Below are positions 48,088 through 57,233 of a DNA stretch of 64,000 nucleotides, piece after piece. Where the stretch lies: the IMG/VR virus record IMGVR_UViG_3300048693_000367, positions 32,001 through 96,000 of that record. One strand, written 5' to 3'. Under the pieces are notes generated by a model. The model was given only the letters and a program-made list of their open reading frames with translations, searched no databases and had not been told where the DNA came from. This DNA comes from a virus (Duplodnaviria; Caudoviricetes). The first letter of the stretch is position 1, and the number at the start of each line of letters is the position of its first letter. The translations under genes and the position numbers were made by a program.

Positions 48088-48691
48088 TGGTGGTTTTGCA
48101 TATGGCTACTTATTTATGAGTCAACATCCAGATACCCAAAAAATTTTTACAGATTTATTTGATGTGGTAAGACCATGCAGAGTATTGGAAATTGGTACGT
48201 TTCATGGTGGTCTAACATTGATGCTCAGAGACTGTTTAGATAATATGGGTTTGTCCGGCTCGGTTATTAGAACCTACGATGTTTTGGAGCAAGAATTTTT
48301 AAAACCGTTGGTTAAAGACAGATTGGTGGAAGTTTATACAAAAAATCTATTTAATGATAGTTATGCTGGTTTTATAAACAAAGAAGCCGAGAATGAAGTA
48401 GAATCTTTTATTCAGCAAGACGGTACTACGATAGTTCTTTGCGATGGTGGGTGTAAAAAGTGCGAATATGGCATATTAGCACCACTGCTAAAAAATCAAG
48501 ATATTATTATGGCACATGACTACTGTCCCAATCAAGACTATTTTAATAAATACATGAAAGATAAAATCTGGGACTGGTGTGAAATACAAGATGAAGATAT
48601 TAAAGAGTTTAATAAAAAGTATAATTTAGTTCCGTTTTATCAAGACGAGCTGCTTTCGATAGCATGGAACTGTAGGATTAAAAAGATATAA
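48080..48691 (+). CDS. Class I SAM-dependent methyltransferase
   Basis: VLEIGTFHGG, TYD, LCDGG and MAHD motifs. Confidence 0.7.
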   Translation: MVNGGFAYGYLFMSQHPDTQKIFTDLFDVVRPCRVLEIGTFHGGLTLMLRDCLDNMGLSGSVIRTYDVLEQEFLKPLVKDRLVEVYTKNLFNDSYAGFINKEAENEVESFIQQDGTTIVLCDGGCKKCEYGILAPLLKNQDIIMAHDYCPNQDYFNKYMKDKIWDWCEIQDEDIKEFNKKYNLVPFYQDELLSIAWNCRIKKI

Positions 48692-48692
48692 A

Positions 48693-49382
48693 CTATACAC
48701 ACATAGAGTTTGTGGGCGTTACTGTTGGTGTTGTCGTTGGACTATTTGCGGGTGTACCAGTTAAGGTTTGTGTAGGTGTTTGAGTTTGTGTGCTTAATGG
48801 AGTTTTAGTTTGTGTCGGTGTTCTTGGCGGAGTTTGTTGTGGAGTAGATGTGGGTGTGGACGATAATCCTGGGCTGGAAGGCGGAGTGTTTGTTGGTGTA
48901 CTACTTACTGTTTGTGTTGGGGTTCTAGTTGGTGTTTTGGTTGGAGTATTAGTTTTAGTTGGAGTTGGGGTCTGACTTTTTGTTGCTGTTAAGCTAACTG
49001 TAACGGTAGGCGTTCTGGTTGTTGTTGTTGTTGGAGTAATAGTTGGTGTTAATGTTGGCGTTGGCGTTGGACTTGATCCAATGCTTTTGCTTGGAGTAAT
49101 AGTTGGAGTAGGGGTCATTGTCTGAGATATGGCTGGTGTTGTGGTATTAGATGGTGAAACTACAGGCGTATTAACCGGGGTCTCAGCAATAAAATATGGT
49201 GTTGTCCAATAACTATAACCCTGAGCAGATTGAGTAAGGGCTGGTGTGTTAGTTGGTGTTGCTGTTAGTGAGTTGGTAATTGTTGGCGAAGGAGTAGCGG
49301 TTCTTGTAACACTAGCTGTTGGTGCTGGTGTATTAGTGGCAGTTTGGGTTGGGGTTGGTGTTGGAGACAAACATATGGTCAT
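48693..49382 (-). CDS. Thr/Pro/Ser-rich mucin-like protein
   Basis: 229 aa made mostly of TPTPT/TPTxT repeats with varied codons; last gene of the tail operon. Confidence 0.7.
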   Translation of the reverse strand: MTICLSPTPTPTQTATNTPAPTASVTRTATPSPTITNSLTATPTNTPALTQSAQGYSYWTTPYFIAETPVNTPVVSPSNTTTPAISQTMTPTPTITPSKSIGSSPTPTPTLTPTITPTTTTTRTPTVTVSLTATKSQTPTPTKTNTPTKTPTRTPTQTVSSTPTNTPPSSPGLSSTPTSTPQQTPPRTPTQTKTPLSTQTQTPTQTLTGTPANSPTTTPTVTPTNSMCV

Positions 49383-49398
49383 ATTCTATTATTCCTTA

Positions 49399-52056
49399 TT
49401 ATTTTAGTTTTTCCATTTTTATTGCCATAGCCGGTCCTGCGCAATTTGCTGATAGTTTAAGCTTATTTTTAACAGCAACAACTGATCCATTTCTAATACC
49501 ATCATCACAATATTCAATTCCAGCAGCATATTCTACTATCAAATTACCTTCAGTTTCATCTATAGGACTATAAACACCATATATTATTGGTGTTATTGGA
49601 TCAGGACGTCTTTCTAAGACAATATATTTTTCTGTAGAGGTGTCAAAATATGCATAAACTAATTCTCCGACCTGATGCTTTCTACCCAATCTATCTACTA
49701 CATTAATCATTACGGGCGCTCCTCGTTCTGGCTCTTCAGTTGATATTGTAGGACTCGGACTGGGTGTGGGTGTGGGTGTTGGTGTGGGGGTTGTGGTCGC
49801 AGTAGGTGTTGGTGTAGGTGTTCCGGTTGGTGTTGGTGTTGGTGTAGGTGTCTCGGTTTGTGTGGGTGTGGGTGTTGGTGTGACACCACACTCTATAGTT
49901 CCTATGGTTGTAGAGCCAGAACTAATTATTTCAGCAATTTGAATTACAGCATATGTAAATACTAATCCACCACCAGACAGAGTTACTCCAGTAATAACAC
50001 TTGTCGTTAGTGGTGGTGTTGGAGATGGCGTTGGTGTTACTGATGGAACTGTGCACGGACATTCTGCTGCGGAATTATATGGTCCACTAACAGCATTTTC
50101 TGCTCCACGAAACAATGGATCATCTGTACTTTCGCATATAAATGTCATATTACCAAGTTCATCGCTGCCATTGGTAAAACAATACCATTTTATATTGTCT
50201 GATGTGCATGGTGTTATATTGACTAATATCCACTCATATTCTTTTTTATTTAAGCCGTCTTCACAATTTTGAATATCTCCATAATCTGGATTAATCTTAA
50301 CTCCTTCTTTATCAAAGATAGGCTTGCCGTACGGAACTACAACAGCCTTGCCTTCGCTATAACAAAGAACGGGTTCTGTAATTTTTGCAACAACAATTTT
50401 ATAAGACTGAGGACTAACCCACAATCCTCTTTCTCTATCAAATCGTAAATCTATTGGTGCGGCTGGCCAGCTGGCTGGTTTTTTTAACCAGTCTTGTAAA
50501 AATTCATCCTTTAAATATGTATTCTTAAATATACCCTGTTTAGCAGCTTCTTCTGTGTCTGAGGCATTTGGTACTGGTTTTCCATCTAGATCATAACCCC
50601 AACTATGTAATACTATTGGTCCTCTCATTGCAATAAAACGATAGTCATCGGCATATTTATCATTATCATCAGGTCTATACATATTAATAATAATACCGCT
50701 ATTTGGAACTTGATCGCCCTTACCAAGAATATCAATAGCATGACCAGCGCCCGGACCGTTATGATGATGTTCATCGGAATCAAAACTATTCGTTAATGGA
50801 TTAACATATTGCTGAGTAATTTCTAAATTATACTCATTATGAGTCATTGATAAATTGCATTGGCCGGATAGTGAAAATGGTGGCTGTGGAGAAATTGGTG
50901 ATGATTTATGTCCTTCTGGATTAAACTTTGCATATCTTGGCAATCCACCGTCGCCATTTAAAGATACTGGTCCGATTAAACCATCCCAACTCATATATGC
51001 TTTTTTGTCATAGTCAAACGTCATTTCATTAACGCTTCTATTTAAGCTGTTTGTTCCAACCACTGTTCTTTGGCTCTGGTTGTTTTCTGCTCCATCCCAA
51101 TCATACATTTCAGCCACCAAAATTCTTTGTAGCGAAGATTCTGTATTATTACCAGGAAGAGTGTTTGGTGAAGATGGTGTTCTTTTTGTATTTTGTATTT
51201 TGCGACCAATCTTATTTTGAACAATTTGAGATGTTCGTAAAAATTTTAGCTGTTCTTGTCTATTTTTTGATATATCTTTAAACTTATGTATAAAGTGTCT
51301 ATTTAATGAACCGAATTTAGGTGTGTATGTTTTAAAATCATAGGTAGTAGTCACACCGCCAGAACCAAAAGTAAAACTAATATTTGTTAGATTAGGACCA
51401 GCACCACCAACAGTTGTTCCTAAACTATCTAAATCTGGTAATCCTGGTATTGTAACACCACCGGTTTCTGCTCTATTTAGTCCTATAGCAGATGATTCTA
51501 CGATTGATAGTCCAGCAGCATTCATGGCCGCTGTTGAACCAAAAACCCATGGACATAAATCTACATCAACGGCTACAGACGTGCCGCCAGCACTATTACC
51601 AAAATTAGAAGATGCATATGGACCATACATCTTTACGTTGCTACGCATAGGTATTATAGCAGCAGACGGCATGACTGCTGCTGACTGATAGCCCATTTGA
51701 TTGATGCTATGAGAATCAACTGAATTCTGAACTTCTTTTAACCACGATAAATCAGCTCCACATACTGTTTTTGGTTGAAAATTTCTAGAATTCTCTGAAT
51801 TAACATTGCTACCACTAGCATCTTGAGGTTGTAATCCAGTACTAGTAAAAAGCAAAGATCTAATTATGCTTTGATAATCCTCACAAATTGTTTGAAAACA
51901 CGCATCTCCAAATTTAACAACAACATTAGGAGTATTGTTCCAGATATAAATTTTTTCATCTACTTCCGCCTTCATCCATACGCTATCATTAGTGGCTATA
52001 ATTTCTTCGTCAGATAGTTTAGAAATATCAAGTTTTCCACAATCAATGCCAGCCAT
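49399..52056 (-). CDS. Putative tail tip/baseplate protein with (PT)n linker
   Basis: Tail operon position, beta-rich; PT repeats at about 49745-49885 and 50005-50050; SD AAGGA. Confidence 0.55.
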   Translation of the reverse strand: MAGIDCGKLDISKLSDEEIIATNDSVWMKAEVDEKIYIWNNTPNVVVKFGDACFQTICEDYQSIIRSLLFTSTGLQPQDASGSNVNSENSRNFQPKTVCGADLSWLKEVQNSVDSHSINQMGYQSAAVMPSAAIIPMRSNVKMYGPYASSNFGNSAGGTSVAVDVDLCPWVFGSTAAMNAAGLSIVESSAIGLNRAETGGVTIPGLPDLDSLGTTVGGAGPNLTNISFTFGSGGVTTTYDFKTYTPKFGSLNRHFIHKFKDISKNRQEQLKFLRTSQIVQNKIGRKIQNTKRTPSSPNTLPGNNTESSLQRILVAEMYDWDGAENNQSQRTVVGTNSLNRSVNEMTFDYDKKAYMSWDGLIGPVSLNGDGGLPRYAKFNPEGHKSSPISPQPPFSLSGQCNLSMTHNEYNLEITQQYVNPLTNSFDSDEHHHNGPGAGHAIDILGKGDQVPNSGIIINMYRPDDNDKYADDYRFIAMRGPIVLHSWGYDLDGKPVPNASDTEEAAKQGIFKNTYLKDEFLQDWLKKPASWPAAPIDLRFDRERGLWVSPQSYKIVVAKITEPVLCYSEGKAVVVPYGKPIFDKEGVKINPDYGDIQNCEDGLNKKEYEWILVNITPCTSDNIKWYCFTNGSDELGNMTFICESTDDPLFRGAENAVSGPYNSAAECPCTVPSVTPTPSPTPPLTTSVITGVTLSGGGLVFTYAVIQIAEIISSGSTTIGTIECGVTPTPTPTQTETPTPTPTPTGTPTPTPTATTTPTPTPTPTPSPSPTISTEEPERGAPVMINVVDRLGRKHQVGELVYAYFDTSTEKYIVLERRPDPITPIIYGVYSPIDETEGNLIVEYAAGIEYCDDGIRNGSVVAVKNKLKLSANCAGPAMAIKMEKLK
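49745..49885 (-). repeat. Coding (Pro-Thr)n low-complexity repeat
   Basis: GGTGT(T/G/A) hexamer array on the + strand. Confidence 0.85.
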
Positions 52057-52069
52057 ATTAGTGTCCTTC

Positions 52070-53653
52070 TTATGCTATTGGATTCGGTGGAGGATTAATG
52101 TCGCCTTGAAAACCATAAAAGGATTGACCTTCGGTATCTGGACCGTATGGTACACTACCGTCTATATTAAACAGCGCAAAACACGTTATCCTACCATCAT
52201 CCTCTCTGAATAATCCTAATTCGGGATCTGTTAAGCCCAATACAGAAATTCCCTCATCTACCCAACCACCAGCATTAGTAGGAACATCAGTAAATATTTT
52301 TTCTGCAACAGCAGAATCAGGATTTTGATAATAACAAATTAATTGATTAAGTGGAGTAATAAATTGTTTACCATAAAAGGTGTCTCCAAGATTTTTTATA
52401 AATGCCCATATCTTTTCCAGATCTTCTAACACTTCAGGTTTATTAGCTTCCATATTAGCGCGATTAGGCTGATTCATAGCGTCATTAACGCCACGAGGTT
52501 TTTGTATTTCTCCTTTTAGGGCTCTTTTTGCTTGATCGTCTACTACTTTTGGCCAGTTGTTTCTTATTGCTTCATTCAAAGTTCCAGCGCCACCTATTTG
52601 AGGATTCATAACTCTTTTTTTCCAAATATCTTGAGAAGCCATAGCAGCCCGAATATCTAGCTCATGAATAGTATATGGTCCATTAGTAGGAAAAGGAGTT
52701 GTTAGTGTTAAATTAAGAGTATCAATTGTTTTACTAATCCAAAAACCACACTCGTCATATTTATATGGTGTCACGGGGACATAAGTTCCACCTATAAAAT
52801 CTTCACCAAAAAAGTGATTAAATTTAGTAACTTTACTTAGATAGTGTTGTTTTTCTCCAAACAATACGCTTTTTGTGGTTTCATTTCTCAGTTCTTGTCC
52901 ATATGAGATGTCTGTAGCAATTCCATCATATGCTGATATAATATTAGCAAAACTACCAGGTTGAGATCTTAAGTTTATTAATCCAATAGTAATAATATTT
53001 CCAGAAACCAACGAAACAAAAAACTCATAACCTAAAACATCACAAACGTCTTGTAATATCTGTAATAAGCTAATTGATGGTCCAGCAACCCTATAATATT
53101 CTGGTAAGCCCTGCGGAAAAGACGAAAAATCAATAGTATATTGATATCCTGTTGGAGAATAAATAGTTGGGTTCATACCAGTAAGAGCTTGAACAATTTT
53201 TTGATATGGCATACCCTTCTCGTTACCACGAGACGATCCAAAAACATTACAGTTTCCCTGTAATACTTGACTCTCATAATATGCATAAGCATTAAAATAA
53301 TTAATAGCTTGTACAGGATTACCTAGATATGAATCTACTATCACTACTGTATTCTCTAGAAGTTGTCTTGGATCAACAATCTTTGCATTATAGGTACGTC
53401 CAGAACTACCTTGACTATAAGACCATCCTGTGAGAACGCCTCCAAAACTAAAGTCTCCGGCTTGTAAATAAACTGGGGCGCCAACTATTACGCTACCATC
53501 TTTTGGTAAAAAATAATCTGGTGGACTAGCCTCACAATCTTCCACAAGATCAACATTGAGACTACTCTCTGTTGCTCCTAATCCCAGAGAGGAATTAAAA
53601 GACACTACTGTGGCTCCTAAAAATTTTATTGGCTGAGTAATGATATCTGACAT
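52070..53653 (-). CDS. Putative baseplate hub / tail protein
   Basis: FLGATVVSF..SLG, FSFGGVL..W..VDPRQLL and SLLQILQDVCD; tail operon position. Confidence 0.5.
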   Translation of the reverse strand: MSDIITQPIKFLGATVVSFNSSLGLGATESSLNVDLVEDCEASPPDYFLPKDGSVIVGAPVYLQAGDFSFGGVLTGWSYSQGSSGRTYNAKIVDPRQLLENTVVIVDSYLGNPVQAINYFNAYAYYESQVLQGNCNVFGSSRGNEKGMPYQKIVQALTGMNPTIYSPTGYQYTIDFSSFPQGLPEYYRVAGPSISLLQILQDVCDVLGYEFFVSLVSGNIITIGLINLRSQPGSFANIISAYDGIATDISYGQELRNETTKSVLFGEKQHYLSKVTKFNHFFGEDFIGGTYVPVTPYKYDECGFWISKTIDTLNLTLTTPFPTNGPYTIHELDIRAAMASQDIWKKRVMNPQIGGAGTLNEAIRNNWPKVVDDQAKRALKGEIQKPRGVNDAMNQPNRANMEANKPEVLEDLEKIWAFIKNLGDTFYGKQFITPLNQLICYYQNPDSAVAEKIFTDVPTNAGGWVDEGISVLGLTDPELGLFREDDGRITCFALFNIDGSVPYGPDTEGQSFYGFQGDINPPPNPIA

Positions 53654-53662
53654 ATTAATTCC

Positions 53663-55489
53663 TTAAGAGCATCCTGATGTGCCACAAATATATGTTAAGT
53701 TAACAGTAAAAGTTCCATCTATTGGATTTTTAGTATATTGTTGTTGTGTTAAAATGTGGTTGTCACCAACGTTAGGTAATGGTATGGGCAAGTATCCTGT
53801 TGAAAAACATCCTGGGTTAGCATTAGCAAGTTCCGTAGCCAAAGATAGCGTGGTTGGTTGTCCAGTTTCGCTCTCATCTCTTCCTGATATTGTAACAGAT
53901 ACTGTTTTAGCAGTAAAAGTTCCCAGTTCTTGAATAATAGGGCAAGAACCACTATTTGGTCTATTAAATGTTGCGATAACTTTTGTTGGATTAGTTGTTT
54001 GAATACTAATTTCATTATATTTTTTGCCACAAGACGCATTACTACTATATTCTATAGAATAATTAATAGTACCCCCAATATAGTCGTGTGTCAAGTTAAA
54101 AGAAACGGGGTGAGGAGGATCTGGCACAGGATCATCCATAGATGGTGGTGCATCTAATTCGTCTGTTGTTAGGCCAATAGCGCTTTTAAATGCCGGTTTT
54201 AAATCTCTTTTACCTCCACTACCAATCCCACTATTATAATCACTACTATTATAAATTTTATCTAATACAATTTTAGCATTATCATATTTTGTTAATCCAC
54301 TACTATTAGATATTAAAAAAGAACCTTTCGATGGTAGTTGAAGAGGAATATTACTTTGTATAATACCACCCTCTATCATGCCTTCTAGAGTACCATTTAT
54401 ACTAATATTAGTAATAGGAGTATCACCATCATAAGACTTATTAATACTTTTATTTACTGTATGTTTAACTCCATCTCCTGTCCAAAAATTGTGTCCTTTT
54501 GTTGTCATCACTACGGCATTGTATGTGGCCGAAAAAGTTCCATCAGATTCCGATGCTTCGCAACTTATAATTTCATTATATATTTTATAATTAGCATCGC
54601 CTAAATTAGATAATAAACCACCAGAACTACTACCAGGAATATTTATATTAGATAAATTATCGCTACTGGTACAACCGTTTGCGTATGTATTTTTTAACAC
54701 GCCGTTTAACAAATTTGTCACTTGCTCGTATAGTCGATATTGTACAAAATTTTTAGCCTGTTCCCATGCTGGTAATAAGCTTGAGACTCCTGTTTCTTCA
54801 TCTGTATAATCAAAAAAATGTTTGCCGGTTGCTGAGATTGAATATTGAATATTAAAACTATGATTGTTAATATTCATATTAGTACCCAAATCATTATTTT
54901 TTAGCATATCGTATGGTGTGGTATCATCAAAAGAAATATTCCAGCTATCTTCGAAATTTTTGATTTTAAATTTATTAATATCCACAATACCCGCAGTACC
55001 GGGTGTGTGTGTTGTAGAATCAAGAAATAAAGACCCACAATCTTCTGTTGAGGATCCAAAATCTATTAAATTAAATTCGATTGTTGCTGTAAACGAGGCA
55101 TAATCTCGCCAATTATTAGGAGATTCATCAAAACTTAATGATCTTAATAAGCCGCCTTTTGCTTTAAGAATAATATCTTCCGTATCACCATGAACCACCT
55201 GTAATATATTACCATTTTGAGTTAGTATTTTACGAAGTTTATGAATATGATCAGCTACTGCGCCTAATCCGTATGGTTGGTTTGTGGGTATAGGATCTCC
55301 ATAATTTAAATCTCTTAAATCTAATGCTGTTATAGTGCCTGTTAATGTAACAATATATGAATAACCAATAATTGTATCGTTACTATATTGATATTCTAGG
55401 CGAATAGACATATCCGGTGCTGGTACTAGTCTATGATCAGCATCTATTGGGCCATAGTACATTTTTACATCTGGTGAATAAGTACTCAT
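53663..55489 (-). CDS. Putative tail protein, paralog of 55492-57222
   Basis: Shares collinear motifs with its neighbour (ISATGK, PAWEQAKNFVQ.RL, CEASES.GTFS). Confidence 0.6.
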   Translation of the reverse strand: MSTYSPDVKMYYGPIDADHRLVPAPDMSIRLEYQYSNDTIIGYSYIVTLTGTITALDLRDLNYGDPIPTNQPYGLGAVADHIHKLRKILTQNGNILQVVHGDTEDIILKAKGGLLRSLSFDESPNNWRDYASFTATIEFNLIDFGSSTEDCGSLFLDSTTHTPGTAGIVDINKFKIKNFEDSWNISFDDTTPYDMLKNNDLGTNMNINNHSFNIQYSISATGKHFFDYTDEETGVSSLLPAWEQAKNFVQYRLYEQVTNLLNGVLKNTYANGCTSSDNLSNINIPGSSSGGLLSNLGDANYKIYNEIISCEASESDGTFSATYNAVVMTTKGHNFWTGDGVKHTVNKSINKSYDGDTPITNISINGTLEGMIEGGIIQSNIPLQLPSKGSFLISNSSGLTKYDNAKIVLDKIYNSSDYNSGIGSGGKRDLKPAFKSAIGLTTDELDAPPSMDDPVPDPPHPVSFNLTHDYIGGTINYSIEYSSNASCGKKYNEISIQTTNPTKVIATFNRPNSGSCPIIQELGTFTAKTVSVTISGRDESETGQPTTLSLATELANANPGCFSTGYLPIPLPNVGDNHILTQQQYTKNPIDGTFTVNLTYICGTSGCS

Positions 55490-55491
55490 AT

Positions 55492-57222
55492 TTATCCTTT
55501 AGCAGTATACTCTAGTGAAATACTGAACGATCCGTCAATCTTATTTGAAGTATAGTCTTCTCTGGTTTTAATATAAGACGCACTTTCCGCTAATAAAGCA
55601 TCAAATTGAGGAATATTGAATACTGGTAAAGCATCACATATTGATGGTGGTACACAAGATTTGTTATCTTTTGATCGACCGTCTATTGTGATACTGATTG
55701 TGCGTGCTGTTTTCATGTTTAATTTTTGGATAATCGGCCCATTTAGTCTTCCTGGCACAACAAATTCTTGAATTATATCTACAGGATCATTTCTTACAAT
55801 AGAAATATTCGTATACCCTAACTCTCTTGCTCTTGTGTTTGATGTTTCGTATATTGCGGTATATGTGATACTACCTTCATTATAATTATGCTCTATAACA
55901 TAAGATGATGGTAGTGGAAAACCAGACGCGCCTTTAATAAGCAACTCGGCTTTTGATAAAGAAACTTGGGTTTTAAAACTACCAAGTAAATCGCTGGTAC
56001 TACCAATCGATGTTGTAAAATAAGATAAAGCATTACTATATTTAGTTTCGCCACCATCTGCTGCTGTGATAAAAGACCCACTATCTGGTAATATAAAATT
56101 ATTGCCTTTAAATTGCAAAAAACCACCTCTAATCAATCCTTGAACTGTTCCTTTGATGGTAATTGTGGTATTAGTTTTGGTGTCATTAGTAATATTAATA
56201 TCTTTAGTATATGTATGTGTAGCCGCATTTGCTACTGGAGATAGTGCTAGATTGTTTTTTTTCACAATCGCAGTATATGTTAAAGAAAATGATCCTTCTG
56301 ATTCTGATGCATTACATGTTATTTGTTCGTTATAAACATTATAATATATACCAACACCATTCGTATTGCCATCTTTAAATCCTGCTAATAAACCACCGCT
56401 AGAATCTACGTCATGAATGGTCGCTAAATCTTTGGTAGCATCACACGCACTGTCATTATTGGTCTCTATTTGTAAACACCCATTAACTAAACTCAAAACC
56501 TGGTCGTGTAATCGTTTTTGTACAAATAATTTGGCTTGTTGCCATGCTGGTACTAAATTATTATTTACATAATAGTTTTTACCGGTTGCTGATATTGTAT
56601 ATGAGACTTCAAAGATATTGTTATATGTTGTATTATAATTATCATAAATTCTATTATCAATAGTAAATGACCATTTATCACTAAATTCTTTAATTTTATG
56701 ATCAGTTATGTCTATTAAATTATCACTAATAATTATCTGAGATGCGCCCTGATGGAAAATACTACTAGAGCATGAGATCATCGCATTATTATCGCATCCT
56801 ATAAAATCAACCTCATTAAATTCAATCTCTATAACAAATGGAGCGTAATTAACCCAATGATTATTTGATACATTAAACTCTATATTCTTTATCGTGGCGC
56901 CTTTAGCCTTAATAATAGTAGTACCATCCTGTTTTATATAAAGATCTCCACCATTAAAACTAAAAATTTCTCTAATATCACCCATATGTTCAACGGTTGG
57001 TTCTAATCCATAATCAACAGAGCCAACATTTACTTCTTTGCGCAGAGCATTGGCGTATCCATTGAGAGTTACAGTATATGTATATCCAATTGGATTATCA
57101 TTACTATAATAAATTTCTGGACTAATAGTAACATTAGGGGCCGGAGCAATTCTATCTGATGATGTTGGCGAAGCATTACCCTTACAGTAATAAACTTCGG
57201 TTGTTGCTAAATATCCTGGCAT
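55492..57222 (-). CDS. Putative tail (distal tail-like) protein, paralog of 53663-55489
   Basis: Directly downstream of the TMP; ISATGK, PAWQQAKLFVQ.RL and CNASES.GSFS motifs. Confidence 0.6.
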   Translation of the reverse strand: MPGYLATTEVYYCKGNASPTSSDRIAPAPNVTISPEIYYSNDNPIGYTYTVTLNGYANALRKEVNVGSVDYGLEPTVEHMGDIREIFSFNGGDLYIKQDGTTIIKAKGATIKNIEFNVSNNHWVNYAPFVIEIEFNEVDFIGCDNNAMISCSSSIFHQGASQIIISDNLIDITDHKIKEFSDKWSFTIDNRIYDNYNTTYNNIFEVSYTISATGKNYYVNNNLVPAWQQAKLFVQKRLHDQVLSLVNGCLQIETNNDSACDATKDLATIHDVDSSGGLLAGFKDGNTNGVGIYYNVYNEQITCNASESEGSFSLTYTAIVKKNNLALSPVANAATHTYTKDINITNDTKTNTTITIKGTVQGLIRGGFLQFKGNNFILPDSGSFITAADGGETKYSNALSYFTTSIGSTSDLLGSFKTQVSLSKAELLIKGASGFPLPSSYVIEHNYNEGSITYTAIYETSNTRARELGYTNISIVRNDPVDIIQEFVVPGRLNGPIIQKLNMKTARTISITIDGRSKDNKSCVPPSICDALPVFNIPQFDALLAESASYIKTREDYTSNKIDGSFSISLEYTAKG

Positions 57223-57233
57223 AATATTTTCCT

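Noticed and set aside
48700-50050. GGTGT-rich repeats as a CRISPR array or promoter-motif copies
   Set aside because: They are the antisense of Thr/Pro codons in - strand ORFs. There is no constant repeat with unique spacers.
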